Origin: Negaprion brevirostris
Lineage: Eukaryota
DNA: 64,000 bases
Assembly (NCBI GenBank): GCA_030324005.1
Contig: JARDVH010000106.1
Location: 45,635,575 to 45,699,574, forward strand
Direction: 5' to 3'
Shown piece by piece: positions 37,106 through 49,190 of this stretch. Below the pieces are notes generated by a model. The model was not told where the DNA came from, made no database searches, and saw only the letters and a program-made list of their open reading frames with translations. Position numbers and translations under genes: made by a program. The stretch's first letter is position 1; every line of letters begins with the position of its first letter.

Positions 37106-37787
37106 AAAAGCAACTTACTTTGCTAGATGCTGGAATCTGAAACAGAAACAGAAAATGCTGAAAATTCTCAGCGGGACTGGCAGCATCTGTGGAGATTGAA
37201 TAGAGCTAACGTTTTGAGTCTGGATGACTGTTCAGAGCTGAAAACAATAGGCTGATATTTATACTGTGAGGGGAGGAGAGGAGATTAACAAAAGATGTCA
37301 AAAAGGACAAAGGGAATATATATTGTAATAATCATGGTTAACGAGGGTGCTCATAGTGGCCCATTGAGAGATCAGAATGTGTAACTGGCAGAGCAAAGGT
37401 AAGCAGAGTCTCAAAAGGGCAATCTGAGACATTCAACAGATGTCCCTAGTCAAGTGGGGCGATAGAAGACTGTAGGAAGGTGAATGAAGATGGAAAGCAA
37501 AATTTCTAAAATGTGGACATAAGAAACAATGGAAGAAATTAAAATTTAAAAATATATAAACAAATACAATAAAATAAAATGAAATAAAATAAATTGATGG
37601 AAATAGAGTGAAGTTGTAAGAGAGAGTTCATGGTCAGAAGTTGTTGAACTCCAGGTTTGGTTTAGAATGCTGTGAAATGCCTAGGAAGATGATGAGGTGC
37701 GGTTCCTCCAGTTTGTGTTGGACTTCACTGGAACGTTGCAACAGGCCAAGGACAGACACATGGACATCAGAGCTGGATGATGTGTTG
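37106..37787 (-). mobile_element. Penelope-like element 3' end: GIY-YIG C-terminus, 3' UTR and pLTR
   Basis: HVSVLGLLQRSSEVQHKLEEPHLIIFLGISQHSKPNLEFNNF; pLTR with decayed hammerhead AGCT-CTGAACA-GTC-atcca-GAC-TCAAA-ACGT-T-AGCT at ~37204-37239. Confidence 0.88.
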
Positions 37788-38339
37788 NNNNNNNNNNNNN
37801 NNNNNNNNNNNNNNNNNNNNNNNNNNNNNNNNNNNNNNNNNNNNNNNNNNNNNNNNNNNNNNNNNNNNNNNNNNNNNNNNNNNNNNNNNNNNNNNNNNNN
37901 NNNNNNNNNNNNNNNNNNNNNNNNNNNNNNNNNNNNNNNNNNNNNNNNNNNNNNNNNNNNNNNNNNNNNNNNNNNNNNNNNNNNNNNNNNNNNNNNNNNN
38001 NNNNNNNNNNNNNNNNNNNNNNNNNNNNNNNNNNNNNNNNNNNNNNNNNNNNNNNNNNNNNNNNNNNNNNNNNNNNNNNNNNNNNNNNNNNNNNNNNNNN
38101 NNNNNNNNNNNNNNNNNNNNNNNNNNNNNNNNNNNNNNNNNNNNNNNNNNNNNNNNNNNNNNNNNNNNNNNNNNNNNNNNNNNNNNNNNNATTCATTGGG
38201 ATTTATTTGTTCTGTCTCCACGGTTTTGCATGGTCAGCTTGTGTTATTGGTTTTAGGTTGGCACCTCTATTTGATATGCCTGGTATGCAGGATTGATCCG
38301 CTGCTATGATTTATCAGTTGAGAGGGGGCAGAAGGAGAT

Positions 38340-38520
38340 AATCACCAGGAGATTTCTTTGCCCACTTTTGACCTGATGTCATAAGATCCACATCAATGTT
38401 GAAAACTCCCTGTACCTGTTCTTCCCAGGGGATATGTATGGTGCTGCCACCTTTCATGGGTCAGTCCTGTGGTGGGACAAGACAAACCTGGGAATGGTAG
38501 TGGAGGAGTCTAGGACATTG
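38340..38520 (-). mobile_element. LINE endonuclease-region fragment (probably family B)
   Basis: GACCTGATGTCAT...GGTGCTGCCACCT...GTCCTGTGGTGGGACAAGAC is similar in orientation to 48900-48960. Confidence 0.5.
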
Positions 38521-38799
38521 GCTTTAAGATACATCTTAGGTAAGAACTTCTTGTTTAGATATCAAGCGTGATGCACGACCTAATGGAACAGACTCAAGGG
38601 ATTGAATGGTATACTCTTGATCGTTCCCAAAATATACTTGTGTGTGTAACATTGAGAAAGCTATGTTTATTATCTATTCACAAACCTGTAATCATTTGCA
38701 TTCTTCCTCACTGTTTATTATTGTCAAATTGGGAAACATGCCAAACTATGTGCAAAATATTTACTGAAATGGCATGCAAAANNNNNNNATTGTTTTTTA

Positions 38800-38861
38800 A
38801 CTGGTCGGCGCAACATCGTGGGCCGAAGGGCCTGTTCTGCGCTGTAATGTTCTATGTTCTA
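38800..38861 (+). mobile_element. CR1/HE1-type tail after a gap
   Basis: GTGGGCCGAAGGGCCTGTTCTGCGCTGTAATGTTCTATGTTCTA with terminal (GTTCTAT) repeats. Confidence 0.75.
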
Positions 38862-40309
38862 AGTTCTAATCATTCCTATATTTATGCAATTTTCATCTGT
38901 TAAGTGGTACTTCGAAGTTATTTATAAAACCACAAATACAGCATCAATCATATTCCTTTTCTTTTGTGCTACTCACTCCAAGGGTGGAATTCTCCCATTC
39001 TGAGACTACATGTTGTGGCAGGCTGCCCCAGTGGCACTTTTCCTGCTGGCTAGAATGACAAGATACCATCCAGATTCTGAGCTTAGAATCTTCTGAATGA
39101 TGTTAAGATGCAATTGTCCTTCAAATAACCTGGTGGGCCAGCAGTTGCTTTGTCTGCCAGCCATCAGCTGGCAGGTGTGACCATCCCAGTTCCATATTTA
39201 AACTAACAGTCCAGTACACTCATATCATTCTCATTAAACCACCTGTTTTTACCAAACCATTACAAGATGTCAGCAACCCAGAGGAACAAAACTAGCAGCC
39301 TCAAGAAGCAATCTGTTCCTTCATCCAGCCCTTCACCTCAACCGCCCCACTGAGCTCAATCACCTGACAGGCACCCATGTCTCACTTGGCATTCCACATA
39401 TCCATATGGCATAGTCCCTTCCAGTAAACAATGTGGTATATCTTCAAAATCTTTGTTTGTGAGCTTCACTTGCAGCCTTGCTGCAGTCCAATTTTCCTAC
39501 CCTTGGTCTTCCCTCTGCCTTCTGTTGTTCATCTTTTTGATTTGGTCCCCAACAAGTATTCCTGAACTGAACTCTTGCTGATTACTGATAACCAAGGTAA
39601 GATCAACAGGTTTATAATTTTGCGGCCCATCCATCTGGCTGTTCTTGAAAGGTGTGCATCACTTGTCATGCTCCAATCCTTCAGCTGTAAAGCCAGTTTG
39701 TAAATATTTCTGGAAAACTGTTGTCTCCCCTTCTCTGTTCAACATCGTCCAGTATTCCAGCATGCTTACCATTCTGGCTTGACATGTCATTCAATGTCTT
39801 TTTGAATACTTGGGGAGTGTCTTGTAGTGAGTATTTTATACCTCGAGTACTCCCATTATGCAATTTTTATTTTCCACTTTTCCAGTAACAGAGGCAGCTT
39901 TAAGTGATCTACATTTGTATCATTTGATGTAAGAAATAAGATACAGATTTAAGTGCATTCAATTTAACGTCTCTGTTTCAGAAAGGGTAAAACTTGAAAT
40001 TAGATTCATATTAAATGAAGAGTTTGCACGTATTAAGGTTTTCGTTTAATTTTAAACTGTGTTTCTATTGTGTTTGGAGAGTTTACGATCCAAAAACTAA
40101 ATAGGAACTTGGAGAAAGGATGAACTATTGCTTAGCAACCAGGGGCCATGTTTTAGGATTTTTGATTTTTTCTTTAAACTGAACACAATGCAGAAGTAGC
40201 TTTGCTGGTTTATAGAGAACAACACTCTCATCTCTGCCAGCAGCACAGAATGGAATAATAGGCAAGAAAGCAAGTCCCAAAGAAACGAAAGGAACTTTAG
40301 TTTTAGAAA

Positions 40310-40555
40310 CTAGCCATGACTGTTACACTATTCTACACCTCTCCTTTCCTACTCCCTGATGTACTCGATGAATGGTATGCCATGTGTCTTAATAGTAAGC
40401 AAGAAACAATAATTTCCANNNNNNNNNNNNNNNNNNNNNNNNNNNNNNNNNNNNNNNNNNNNNNNNNNNNNNNNNNNNNNNNNNNNNNNNNNNNNNNNNN
40501 NNNNNNNNNNNNNNNNNNTGTTTCTCTAGACACGTGACAACAATAAATAAAATCA
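40310..40555 (+). mobile_element. Rex1/Babar 3' UTR
   Basis: CTAGCCATGACTGTTACACTATTCT...GCAAGAAACAATAATT...CACGTGACAACAATAAAT matches 32515-32642. Confidence 0.75.
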
Positions 40556-40559
40556 AAAG

Positions 40560-40865
40560 AAGAAATTTCTCCTCATCTCAGTCTTAAATTGGCGCCATTC
40601 ACGCTGAGACTATGTTCTCTGGTCCAAGACTATCCCATGAAGGAAAACATCCTCTCAGCATTTACCTTGTTGAGAATCCTAAACATTTCAATAAGATCAC
40701 TTCTCATTCTTCCAAATTCCAATGGGTAAAGTCCCAACCTGTTCAATTTTTCCTCATAAGACAATTCTTCCTTATCAGGGATCATCCGAGTGAACCTTCA
40801 CCTGAACTGCCTCCGATGAAACATCTTTCTTTCAGTAAAGGGATCAAAACTTCTCTCAGCACTCA
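40560..40865 (-). mobile_element. CR1 3' fragment
   Basis: AGAAATTTCTCCTCATCTCAGTCTTAAAT...GAGTGAACCTT..CTGAACTGCCTCC is colinear with 31447-31708. Confidence 0.75.
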
Positions 40866-41384
40866 AGGACAGAAGATACAAGAAGCAGTAGGCCTGCAGA
40901 AAGCAGGACAGCTCCCAGATTATGAGCACTAAATGACATCAATAGTGCAGCAGCAAACCCACACTGGCACCAACTCACAGATGTGAATGGTGATGCATAC
41001 ACCAGCATTCACAGTGCATCCCCCACACCGCCAGCAAGTGTGCATGCACAATTGCTCCCGGCACAAAGTGATTGGCATTAGGTGCTAGTGTTCGTAATAA
41101 TGCATATCTTTGTATGGTGAAAGGAACCAGTCACTAATCCATCAAGATGCATTCCAGAAAATATGCACAAAGTAAGCAACTTTGAGAGGTCCAGGTGCAA
41201 TGTCATAAAATAGAATCCCTACAGTGCAGACGAAGTCATACAGCCCCTCGAGNNNNNNNNNNNNNNNNNNNNNNNNNNNNNNNNNNNNNNNNNNNNNNNN
41301 NNNNNNNNNNNNNNNNNNNNNNNNNNNNNNNNNNNNNNNNNNNNNNNNNNNNCTTTGAGAGGTCCAGGTGCAATGTCATAAAAT

Positions 41385-41721
41385 AGAATCCCTACAGTGC
41401 AGAAGAAGTCATACAGCCCATCGAGTCTGCACCAACTCTCTAACAGAGAATGAACAAAGGCTCCCTACTCCCTACCTTATCCGCGTATGCCCACACATTT
41501 CCGCGGGCTAATCCATGTAACCTCGGCATCCTGGAACACTAAGGAGCAATTTACCATGGCCAATCCACCTGAGCTGCACATCTTTGGAATGTGGGAGGAA
41601 GCCAGAGCACCCGGAAGAAAGCCATGAAAACATGGTGAGAAAATGCAAACTCCCCACAGTTACCCAAGAATTGAACCTACGTCCCTGGCGCTGTGAGATA
41701 GCAGTGCTAATCGCTGTGCCA
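41385..41721 (-). mobile_element. V-SINE (HE1-like), CR1-type tail
   Basis: ATAGAATCCCTACAGTGCAGAAG...CCCATCGAGTCTGCACC...GCAATTTACCATGGCCAATCCACC...CCCTGGCGCTGTGAG. Confidence 0.9.
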
Positions 41722-42109
41722 CTAAGAGGTAGAAATCTGATGGATTTCTACCACCTGCAAGATCCAAGCTAACTCTTAGGGTATTTTGAGAAGCTGTGAC
41801 AACTTAAGGCATTGACAACAAAAGTGTAAAGAGCTCTTTGCTTCTGTCAGCTGCTCTGCCTGATCTAGACCAGTAATTGCCACTTGTCACAGTCATATGT
41901 TTTCGCTGTAGAACTAGTATGTTATGGCCATCTTACACTCTGATTAAATACAACATACTCACCACACTGGTTTTAACTAATTACGATTGATTGAAACAAA
42001 AGCTTTAAATGCAGAAATGAAGCAATACGCTTTGCAGTATCTGTGGGGAGAAAGAGAGTTAACATCTAACATGACTTCTTCAGAAGTGGTGAGAAGCAGA
42101 CACGTGGGC

Positions 42110-42790
42110 AGCACATAAGAGATAAGCAGAGGCTATTTTGTGCGCTGGGCGCCACAGCCTCCATGTGTCTCTGACTGTCAGATTTCCACCGCCATCAGCT
42201 CTGTGCCAGAAATCGGCACGGAGCTGATTTAAATATTGAAATTGCTGTTTAAATCTGAAGTCTCCAGGCTGTCTAGCCTTCCCCCCCTCAATGCCAGGAG
42301 TATATCACTCCAGTGGGGTTTACAATAGTTCCCCACTGACAGGGAAGCCCCCCTGAGGATGTTGGGGGTAAGGGGGTGCCTCCTGGGCATTGTCCAAGGG
42401 CAAAATGGCATCAGGTACCCAAAAGGGTAGGAGGTCCCACTGCCATTCTGCATTGGGATCAGTGACAGAGGGAAGGAAGTCAGCAATCGGGGCTGGCTCG
42501 CATGGTGGTTGGGGCTGCAATGGGATGGGTGGTTGGAACAATCGGGACTGCTGGGGTGAAATAGATCAAAGTGGGCGGGGGTGGCAGCAATCGGGAGGCT
42601 GGCATATGGACCGATCTCCGCTATGACAGATGCCGCATGCACTGTGACCCACTCAGCGCTATGCTGCCCGCCCATTGATTTTTAACAAGATTCATGCTGG
42701 GCACTCTATGATGCACAGAATTTGGGAGATTCATTTTGAAAATTTTCTTCGGTTTTTACGTAAATTCAGCACAGAATTTTTTGGGGACAA
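42110..42790. mobile_element. GC-rich unclassified interspersed element, probably a non-autonomous DNA transposon
   Basis: Abrupt GC-rich block with internal repeats (GCAATCGGG, CAATCGGGA) and CAGTGGGG/CCCCACTG hairpin; ORFs uninformative. Confidence 0.35.
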
Positions 42791-42807
42791 TTCTACCTGT
42801 GATGTAA

Positions 42808-43265
42808 AAAAAAAACAGAAAATGCTGAAGAATCTCAGCAGGTTTACAAGGGGAGAGAGAACAGAGCTAATGTTGCAAGTTTGGATGACCCTTCGTCAGA
42901 GCTGAAGACAATAGAAAATATGGAGATTAATACTGTGGTGAGGAGATAGGGAAAGCGGTGAGAGCTAGATAGAGAACTGGCAGTTAGTAGAGACAGGGGA
43001 GATTGACAAAGATGTCATAGATATAAAGCCAAAGTGAACATAAATGATGATGATCATGGCTAAGAAGGGTGCTGATAGCAGCCATTAAGAGATCAAAATG
43101 TGTAAATGGCAGAACAAAGGTAAGCAGAGTGTCAAAGGACAACCCAAGACATGTAACAGATGCCCTGCGCAGTGCCCATTCAGCACTATGCTGTTGGCCT
43201 CTTCAGTGGGACCCTGGTGAGGTGGGAAGAGACAGTGTTGGTAAAGGAAAAAAGATTGGAAGCTA
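42808..43265 (-). mobile_element. Penelope 3' UTR and pLTR (family 2)
   Basis: Colinear with 37140-37450 (TGGCAGA.CAAAGGTAAGCAGAGT.TCAAA). Minus-strand hammerhead AGCT-CTGACGA-A-GGGTC-atcca-AACTT-GCAACAT-T-AGCT at ~42865-42903 with mutated GAAA box. Confidence 0.82.
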
Positions 43266-44729
43266 GATTTTTTTAAAATGAAAAATTAAACAATGGGAAG
43301 CTTTAAAGAACGGTGGTTGTCAGTTTACCCTCAGAAATCCCCACGTGCCTGATGCTGTTTGCCACTCCAAGGAATTTGGAGCTTATGGAGAAGTGAAATT
43401 TCTGTAAATCAGCCTTGAATGATTCATTCTTTAGCTCAACACACAATCTTACTCACGTGATTTCTTTCCAGAAAAGCAAACAAAATTTTTGTGTATCTTC
43501 GAAGAAAAAAATGGAACTCTGGCAGTTTTCTACAACAAACTTTCAAGATTAATGCAGTTCCTGCAACAAACACTCCATTTGAGAAGATGCAGATTATTAA
43601 CTCCAAATGAAGACATACAAATTCTCTGAGTGAGGCATTTTGCCCCCTTAATGATATTTGAATTCAAGAGATTTTAGCTGTGTACACCACTGTTCTTGTG
43701 TCTTCTAATCAATTATGTTGTCCACTTAATCAGCTTCTAATAAGATAAATGGGAGTTCTTTGTCTTTGAACTGATACAGAAAATATAAAGCATCAGTGCA
43801 AACAAGGATTCTAATTTTCTTTTCAGAATTTTAACGGACGCCATTTTTTTCAGACTGCATTTTTGTTGTACTGTGGTATTAAAGTGATGCAGTCATGAAA
43901 CTTCAATTCCCTTCAGCAACACTATCATTAGGAGGACTTATCCAAAATGATTTGCATTGGCTGTTCCATTTTAATTGTGCTCAGAATCCACAGCATGTTA
44001 TGAGGTGAAGTTGCTCTGAATATCTACTGTTGGTGTCAACCTGATATGCAAGATCAATAGCTTGTGTGATTTGTCAATATAAACATATACAATCAAGTTA
44101 GACTCAGTACCCGGGACACGTACCCAAAGCCTTCCGCTTTATCTGAAACTCTTGTCTTGTAGCACAGGCACACTTGCACCAAAGCAGAAGCACACTTGTC
44201 CATCAGTCAAGACTGAAGCTAATATATTTAAAGTGCAGTATTTACATGGGCCAAGCCTAGTATAATAAACGCATTAAAAGAGCAAGTCTTTCCAGCATTT
44301 TCCATTTTTATTTCTGATTTGCACCATCTGCAGTAATTTACTTCTAATTTTTTTGATCTTAGGCAGGAAAGCTGAATGCAAATCCATTTGGTCTTGCTGT
44401 GCTCAGGCTGTGGAAGGAGGCAACATTACAGAACAACATTATTTTGTCAGAAGGAGGAGAGCATGATTCTATTGGGCAAATTAATTTCTGCATAATCTGG
44501 TTATTCTCAAATTGTGCCTGAACAAAAAAGTAAGAGTCACTCAACTAAAGAGCCAGAAAGAGCTGAAAAAGCAGAGGGGAGAAAGTATGAAATAAGCAGG
44601 ACTGTTAATCAATTAAACTAAATGAATTTATTTATTTCAAAAATGTTAGTCTCTGTTCTCATTTCAGTTCTGATCACATATTTAATTGAAACTGTGACTG
44701 CATGCGTTTCATTCAAGTTTGACTTAATT

Positions 44730-44857
44730 TCAGATGCAAGGTCATAAACCTGAAATGCCATCCTTTTCTTTTCACTCCACGGATTTTGTCAGATCTGCTG
44801 ACTATTCATAGCATTCTCGATTCTTTATTTCATATTTCAGCATGCAAAAATTGCTTT
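44730..44857 (+). mobile_element. Penelope pLTR remnant with decayed hammerhead
   Basis: CAGATGCA-AGGT-cataa-ACCT-GAAA then CTCCACGGAT..GTCAGATCTGCTGA...AGCATT. Confidence 0.55.
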
Positions 44858-44944
44858 AGATTTAATTTCTGATACCCAAACAAATTTTTTTGCTCAAGAT
44901 GAATTGCATCAGTATAGTAATTAATTGTGAAATTTGGATCTAAA

Positions 44945-46480
44945 ATTATCCAAAGGCATCTTCCAAGCCCATAACCATTTCCATTTAGAAGGACACGAGT
45001 AGCAGATAACTTCCTTGAAAAACTTCAAAGTTTTTCAAGGAAGTGATAAAGATGATTGATGAGGTTAGGGCAGTGGATGGTGTCTACATGAACTTCAGTA
45101 AGGCCTTTGACAAGGTCCCTTCTAGCAGACTGGTGCAGAATGTGAATTCGCATGAAGTCACGTGATGAGCTGGCAAGGTAGATACAAAACTGGCTCGGTC
45201 AAAGAAGGCCAAGAATAGCAGTGGAAGGGTGCATTTCTGAATGGCTAAATGGTGTTCCTCAGGAATCAATGCTGGGACCTTATGATTTGGAGGAAAATGT
45301 AACTGGATTGATCAGTAAATTTGCAGACAACATGTAGGTTGGTGGATCTGCAGATAGCGATAGAGGGCCATCAGAGAATACAGCAAGGATATAGATCAGT
45401 TGGAGACTTGGGGAGAGAGATGGAAGATGGAGTTTAATCTGGACAAATGTAAGGTAATGCATTTTGGAAGATCTAATACAGATAGGAAATATACATTAAA
45501 TGGCAGAACCCTCTAGAGTGTTGATAGGCAAGGGATCTGGATGTACAGGTACTCAGGTCACTGAAAGTGGCAATGCAGGTGGAGAAGGTAATCAGGAAGG
45601 CATATGGTATGCTTGCCTTCATCAGCTGGGATATTGAGTTTAAAAATTGGCAAGTCATGTTGATGCTTTATAGAACCTTAGTGAGGCCGCACTTGGAATC
45701 TAGTGTTCAATTCTGGTTGCCACGTTACCAGAAGGATGTGAAGGCTTTGAGGGGGTACGGAAAAGATTTGCCAGGATGTTGCCTGGTGTGGAGGGCACTA
45801 GCTATGAGGAGAGGTTGCAGAAACTTGGGTTTGTTCTCACTGGAGCAATGGTGATTGAGGGGAGACGTGATAGAAGTCTACAAGATTATGAGGGGCGTGG
45901 ACAGAGTGGATAGTTAGAAGCTTTTCCCCAGGGTGGAAGAGTCAATTACAAGGGGACATAGGTTAAAGATGTGAGGGGGCAAGGTTTAAAAAATGTACGA
46001 GGCAGATTTTTTTTTTTTAACCCAGAGTGGTAGGTGCCTGCAACTCGTTGCTGGGGGAGGTGGTGGAAGCATATACGGAAGTGACTTTTAAGGGGCATCT
46101 TGATAAGTACATGAATGAGAAGAAAATAGAGGGATATGGTCCCCGGAAGGGTAGGAGGTTTCAGTTAAGTCGGGCAGCCTGGTCGATGCAGGCTTGGAGG
46201 GCTGAAGGGCCTGTTCCTGTGCTGTAATTTTCTTTGTCCTTTAATATATGGGGATACCACCAGCTGCAAGTTCCAACCGAGCCGCTCACCATTCTAAACT
46301 TGGGAATCTATTGCTATTCCTTCGCAGTTGCTGGTTCAAAAATCCTAGAATTCCCTTTCTAATGGCATTAAGAGTCAACCCACAGCATGTGGATTGCAGT
46401 TTTGCAAAAAGGCAGCTCACCATCAGCTTTTCAAAGACAATTAGGGCCAGCCAGCGATGCCTATGCCCCACAAATAATTA
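44945..46480 (+). mobile_element. LINE family B 3' end, split by a CR1 insertion
   Basis: 44950-45008 (...CCATTTAGAAGGACACGAGTAGCAGATA) continues at ~46246 (TATGGGGATACCACCAGCTGCAAGTTCC...), as in the uninterrupted copy at 27320-27380. Confidence 0.75.
45030..46240 (+). mobile_element. CR1 (HER1-like) LINE, RT and 3' tail, 5'-truncated
   Basis: VDGVYMNFSKAFDKVP, GVPQESMLGP, ISKFADN, LYRTLVRPHLESSVQFW; tail GAAGGGCCTGTTCCTGTGCTGTAATTTTCTTTG. Confidence 0.93.
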
Positions 46481-46552
46481 CATCCATGTAGTGCCAATTC
46501 ATGGCATTCAATGCATGAAGACAGAACCTGGAGGTGATTGCCACCACCTAGA

Positions 46553-47090
46553 AGAGTGAGAGAGAAGAGCAGCAGGGCCATAGTAAGAGGGNNNNNNNNN
46601 NNNNNNNNNNNNNNNNNNNNNNNNNNNNNNNNNNNNNNNNNNNNNNNNNNNNNNNNNNNNNNNNNNNNNNNNNNNNNNNNNNNNNNNNNNNNNNNNNNNN
46701 NNNNNNNNNNNNNNNNNNNNNNNNNNNNNNNNNNNNNNNNNNNNNNNNNNNNNNNNNNNNNNNNNNNNNNNNNNNNNNNNNNNNNNNNNNNNNNNNNNNN
46801 NNNNNNNNNNNNNNNNNNNNNNNNNNNNNNNNNNNNNNNNNNNNNNNNNNNNNNNNNNNNNNNNNNNNNNNNNNNNNNNNNNNNNNNNNNNNNNNCAAGA
46901 CCATTTACAGCGAAAGAGGAGCAACGGAGCAGAGCAGCGGGACCATTCACAGCAAGAGGGAGAGGAGCAGCAGGGCCGTTCAGTGAGAGAGAGGGGGAGA
47001 AGCAGCAAGACTACTTCCAGCAAGAGAGATGCAGCAGGGTCATTCACAGCAAGAGAGAGAGAGGGGAGCAGGGGACCATTCACAGCGAAA
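46553..47090. repeat. Purine-rich minisatellite, ~30-bp unit GAGAGAGGAGCAGCAGGGCCATTCACAGCAA
   Basis: About six diverged units after the ~300-N gap and one before it. Confidence 0.8.
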
Positions 47091-47099
47091 GGCCAATGC

Positions 47100-48380
47100 C
47101 ACCCTCCTGAGGTCATCACTGCAACTGATGAATTCCAGCGAAAGAGATCTTGTGGGAAGGAGAAATGAAGGCAGCAGGTGTATGTGTGCTGAGATGTCCA
47201 TGCCCATACAGCAGAGTCTTCTTGCCACTGGATTTCGGCCTTGCTCTGTCAAGCCAGTATGATAGCCAGTGCGTAATGGTCATCCCATTTTCAAAGAATT
47301 TGCGCACAAACATCTTTCACTCCTTTGAAATGAAGCTCAGGTCCAAGAACATCAGGACCCTTATAGACAACCCCAAAAAAGATAGTTCAGATGGCATACT
47401 GCTATCTTTGTCCCAGAAGTCAGGTTTTTTGACACCGACATTGTCACCCTAAGCAAGACTCAGTGGGCAAGAGAAAGCCAGATTAAAGACCAATATGATG
47501 GTTACACCTTCTTCTGAAAAGGTAAGCCAAAAGATTAGGGTGGGTTTCATATTAAAACCAGACCAGCTGACCAGCTCAGTGACCCCAGCTTGCTGAATAA
47601 TCAGCTCACTCTAACCCATAAGTGCATTATGTTCCTCAGCACATATGCCCCAACACTGGGAGCTGCAGAAAAGTCCAAAGAAGAATTTTACTCCAGTATT
47701 GAACAATCCTTGGCCCAAGCCCCAACAGATACAAGCTGACCCTCCTTAGTGACTCCAACACCAAAGTTGAAAATGACATGAATCCCTGGGAAGGTGTAAT
47801 CAGCAAGGGATTAGGGAAATCCAAATGCCAATGGTACTCTGCTCCTGACACAATGCCTAGAATGCAGCATTGTCAAAACTAACAGGTTGTTCCAGAGAGA
47901 CAAGTTCCCATTTCAATACCTTTCCTCCAAGCACTGGCACCTGATCAATGATGTCATTGTCAAAGTAAGGAAGTACAAGAATATGTATATCCACATGTGC
48001 TGTGACAGGAACCGACTATTGCTGGAAGGACTACGATCAATATTAAATGTAGCTTCAAAAGGAGAAACAGAAACAATACTGCATCATGGCAGCCAAAGCC
48101 CTTAATAAAATAATCCTTCTCAGTCAGCACCTCACTGCCAATGCAATGAATCCCAGTCATCCTGAGATGCAGAGTTTTCACAGTGCCTGGAATGTCCTCA
48201 AAGCCTCCACAGGGCCTGCAAAGATTGGTTAGAGGAGAATAACAAAAGATCAAGAAGCTAACAAACAGGAAGTGCAAGGCTTTTCCAAAGCTGAAAGGAC
48301 AACACAACTGGAGAGCAAGAAAGTAATTCTCCAGACATCTGAAGGCTGACATCCAGGAAAAAAACCGTGATCTAAAGAAA
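47100..48380 (+). mobile_element. RTE-clade LINE 5' part (AP endonuclease), decayed
   Basis: MKLRSKNIRTLIDNP (W-N-V-R-T-L-like), DIVTLSKT, GYTFF*KG, LTLLSDSNTKV (LGDFNARV-like), SKHWHLINDVIV. Confidence 0.85.
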
Positions 48381-48879
48381 TGGTTTTCTAATGTAGTCCA
48401 GGTCTTTGGGGATCCTTTAACACTTCATTTCTTAATCCTGATGTGCTCAGCCTGTGTAAACATTAATTTCTAATCACCCTGTGATTTTTTTTTTTAAACT
48501 GGTTTGCTTGTCTGCTTCAGACACAAGTAAGTCAAGGAATCAGAATTCTGTCTACTAGTTAAACATTTTAAATTCTTGATAGTAGGCCAGCTGCTTCCCA
48601 ATTCAAAACTGGGGAATTTTGTGGGCATTCTGACAATATCCCTGACCTTCTTCTGTAATGTCTAGGGTGACTTTTGTTGTAGCTGCTTTCATGTGCTTTG
48701 CAGAAACTCAGCCCATAGAGACAAGTTGTGGTAAAAATGCACCATGGTGCAGTTATCTCAGCTCCCTGGGCCACCCACTATAATCGCAACCTCTGTGCCC
48801 TGATTTTTATGACTTCGTTTTCAATTTTACTTGAATCGCCCTCACTTATTTTTGATCCAGCCCATACCTTGGTTACTCA

Positions 48880-49190
48880 CCTTCCCAACTGAGCTAACCT
48901 GGTGCTGGTCCTCTCAAAGCAGCGTCCCACTCATGGGATTGACAGGCTGAGCACCACAATCTCACCAGGTGAGATCAGTCTGCTTACCACCTCCTTATTT
49001 GAGCACCAATTGGGTGCTGTGTCGCCAAAGGTTATCTTTGCAGTCAGTGCATTGTTTTCAACATTCTCCAATGCTGCAGTCTGACCAAAGCTCTGAAGAT
49101 CATCTTATACCATGTTGCACAGCCCAAGTCTGTTCACCATGTCTTACCTAATCTTTCTGCCATCTGTCTGACCACCATGTCGTGTTATTG
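48880..49190 (-). mobile_element. LINE endonuclease start fragment (probably family B)
   Basis: GGTGCTGGTCCTCT...CGTCCCACTCATGGGATTGACAGGCTGAG...CACCAATTGGG antisense pattern. Confidence 0.45.

Noticed and set aside
36857-37126. ORF with ETPLQIAA resembling an ankyrin TPLHxAA motif
   Set aside because: No following G/LL ankyrin pattern, poor splice acceptor, and the ORF ends inside a Penelope tail; likely chance.
42229-42675. 148-aa Pro/His-rich minus-strand ORF
   Set aside because: Lies in a GC-rich repeat-like block where stops are rare; no domain recognised.
44340-44535. Apparent exon (TTTTTTGATCTTAG ... GTAAGA)
   Set aside because: All three frames contain stops, and the pyrimidine tract derives from a Penelope tail remnant.
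46895-47090. Regularly spaced ~30-bp repeats superficially like a CRISPR array
   Set aside because: Units are contiguous and degenerate with no unique spacers, in vertebrate DNA with no cas genes; a minisatellite.
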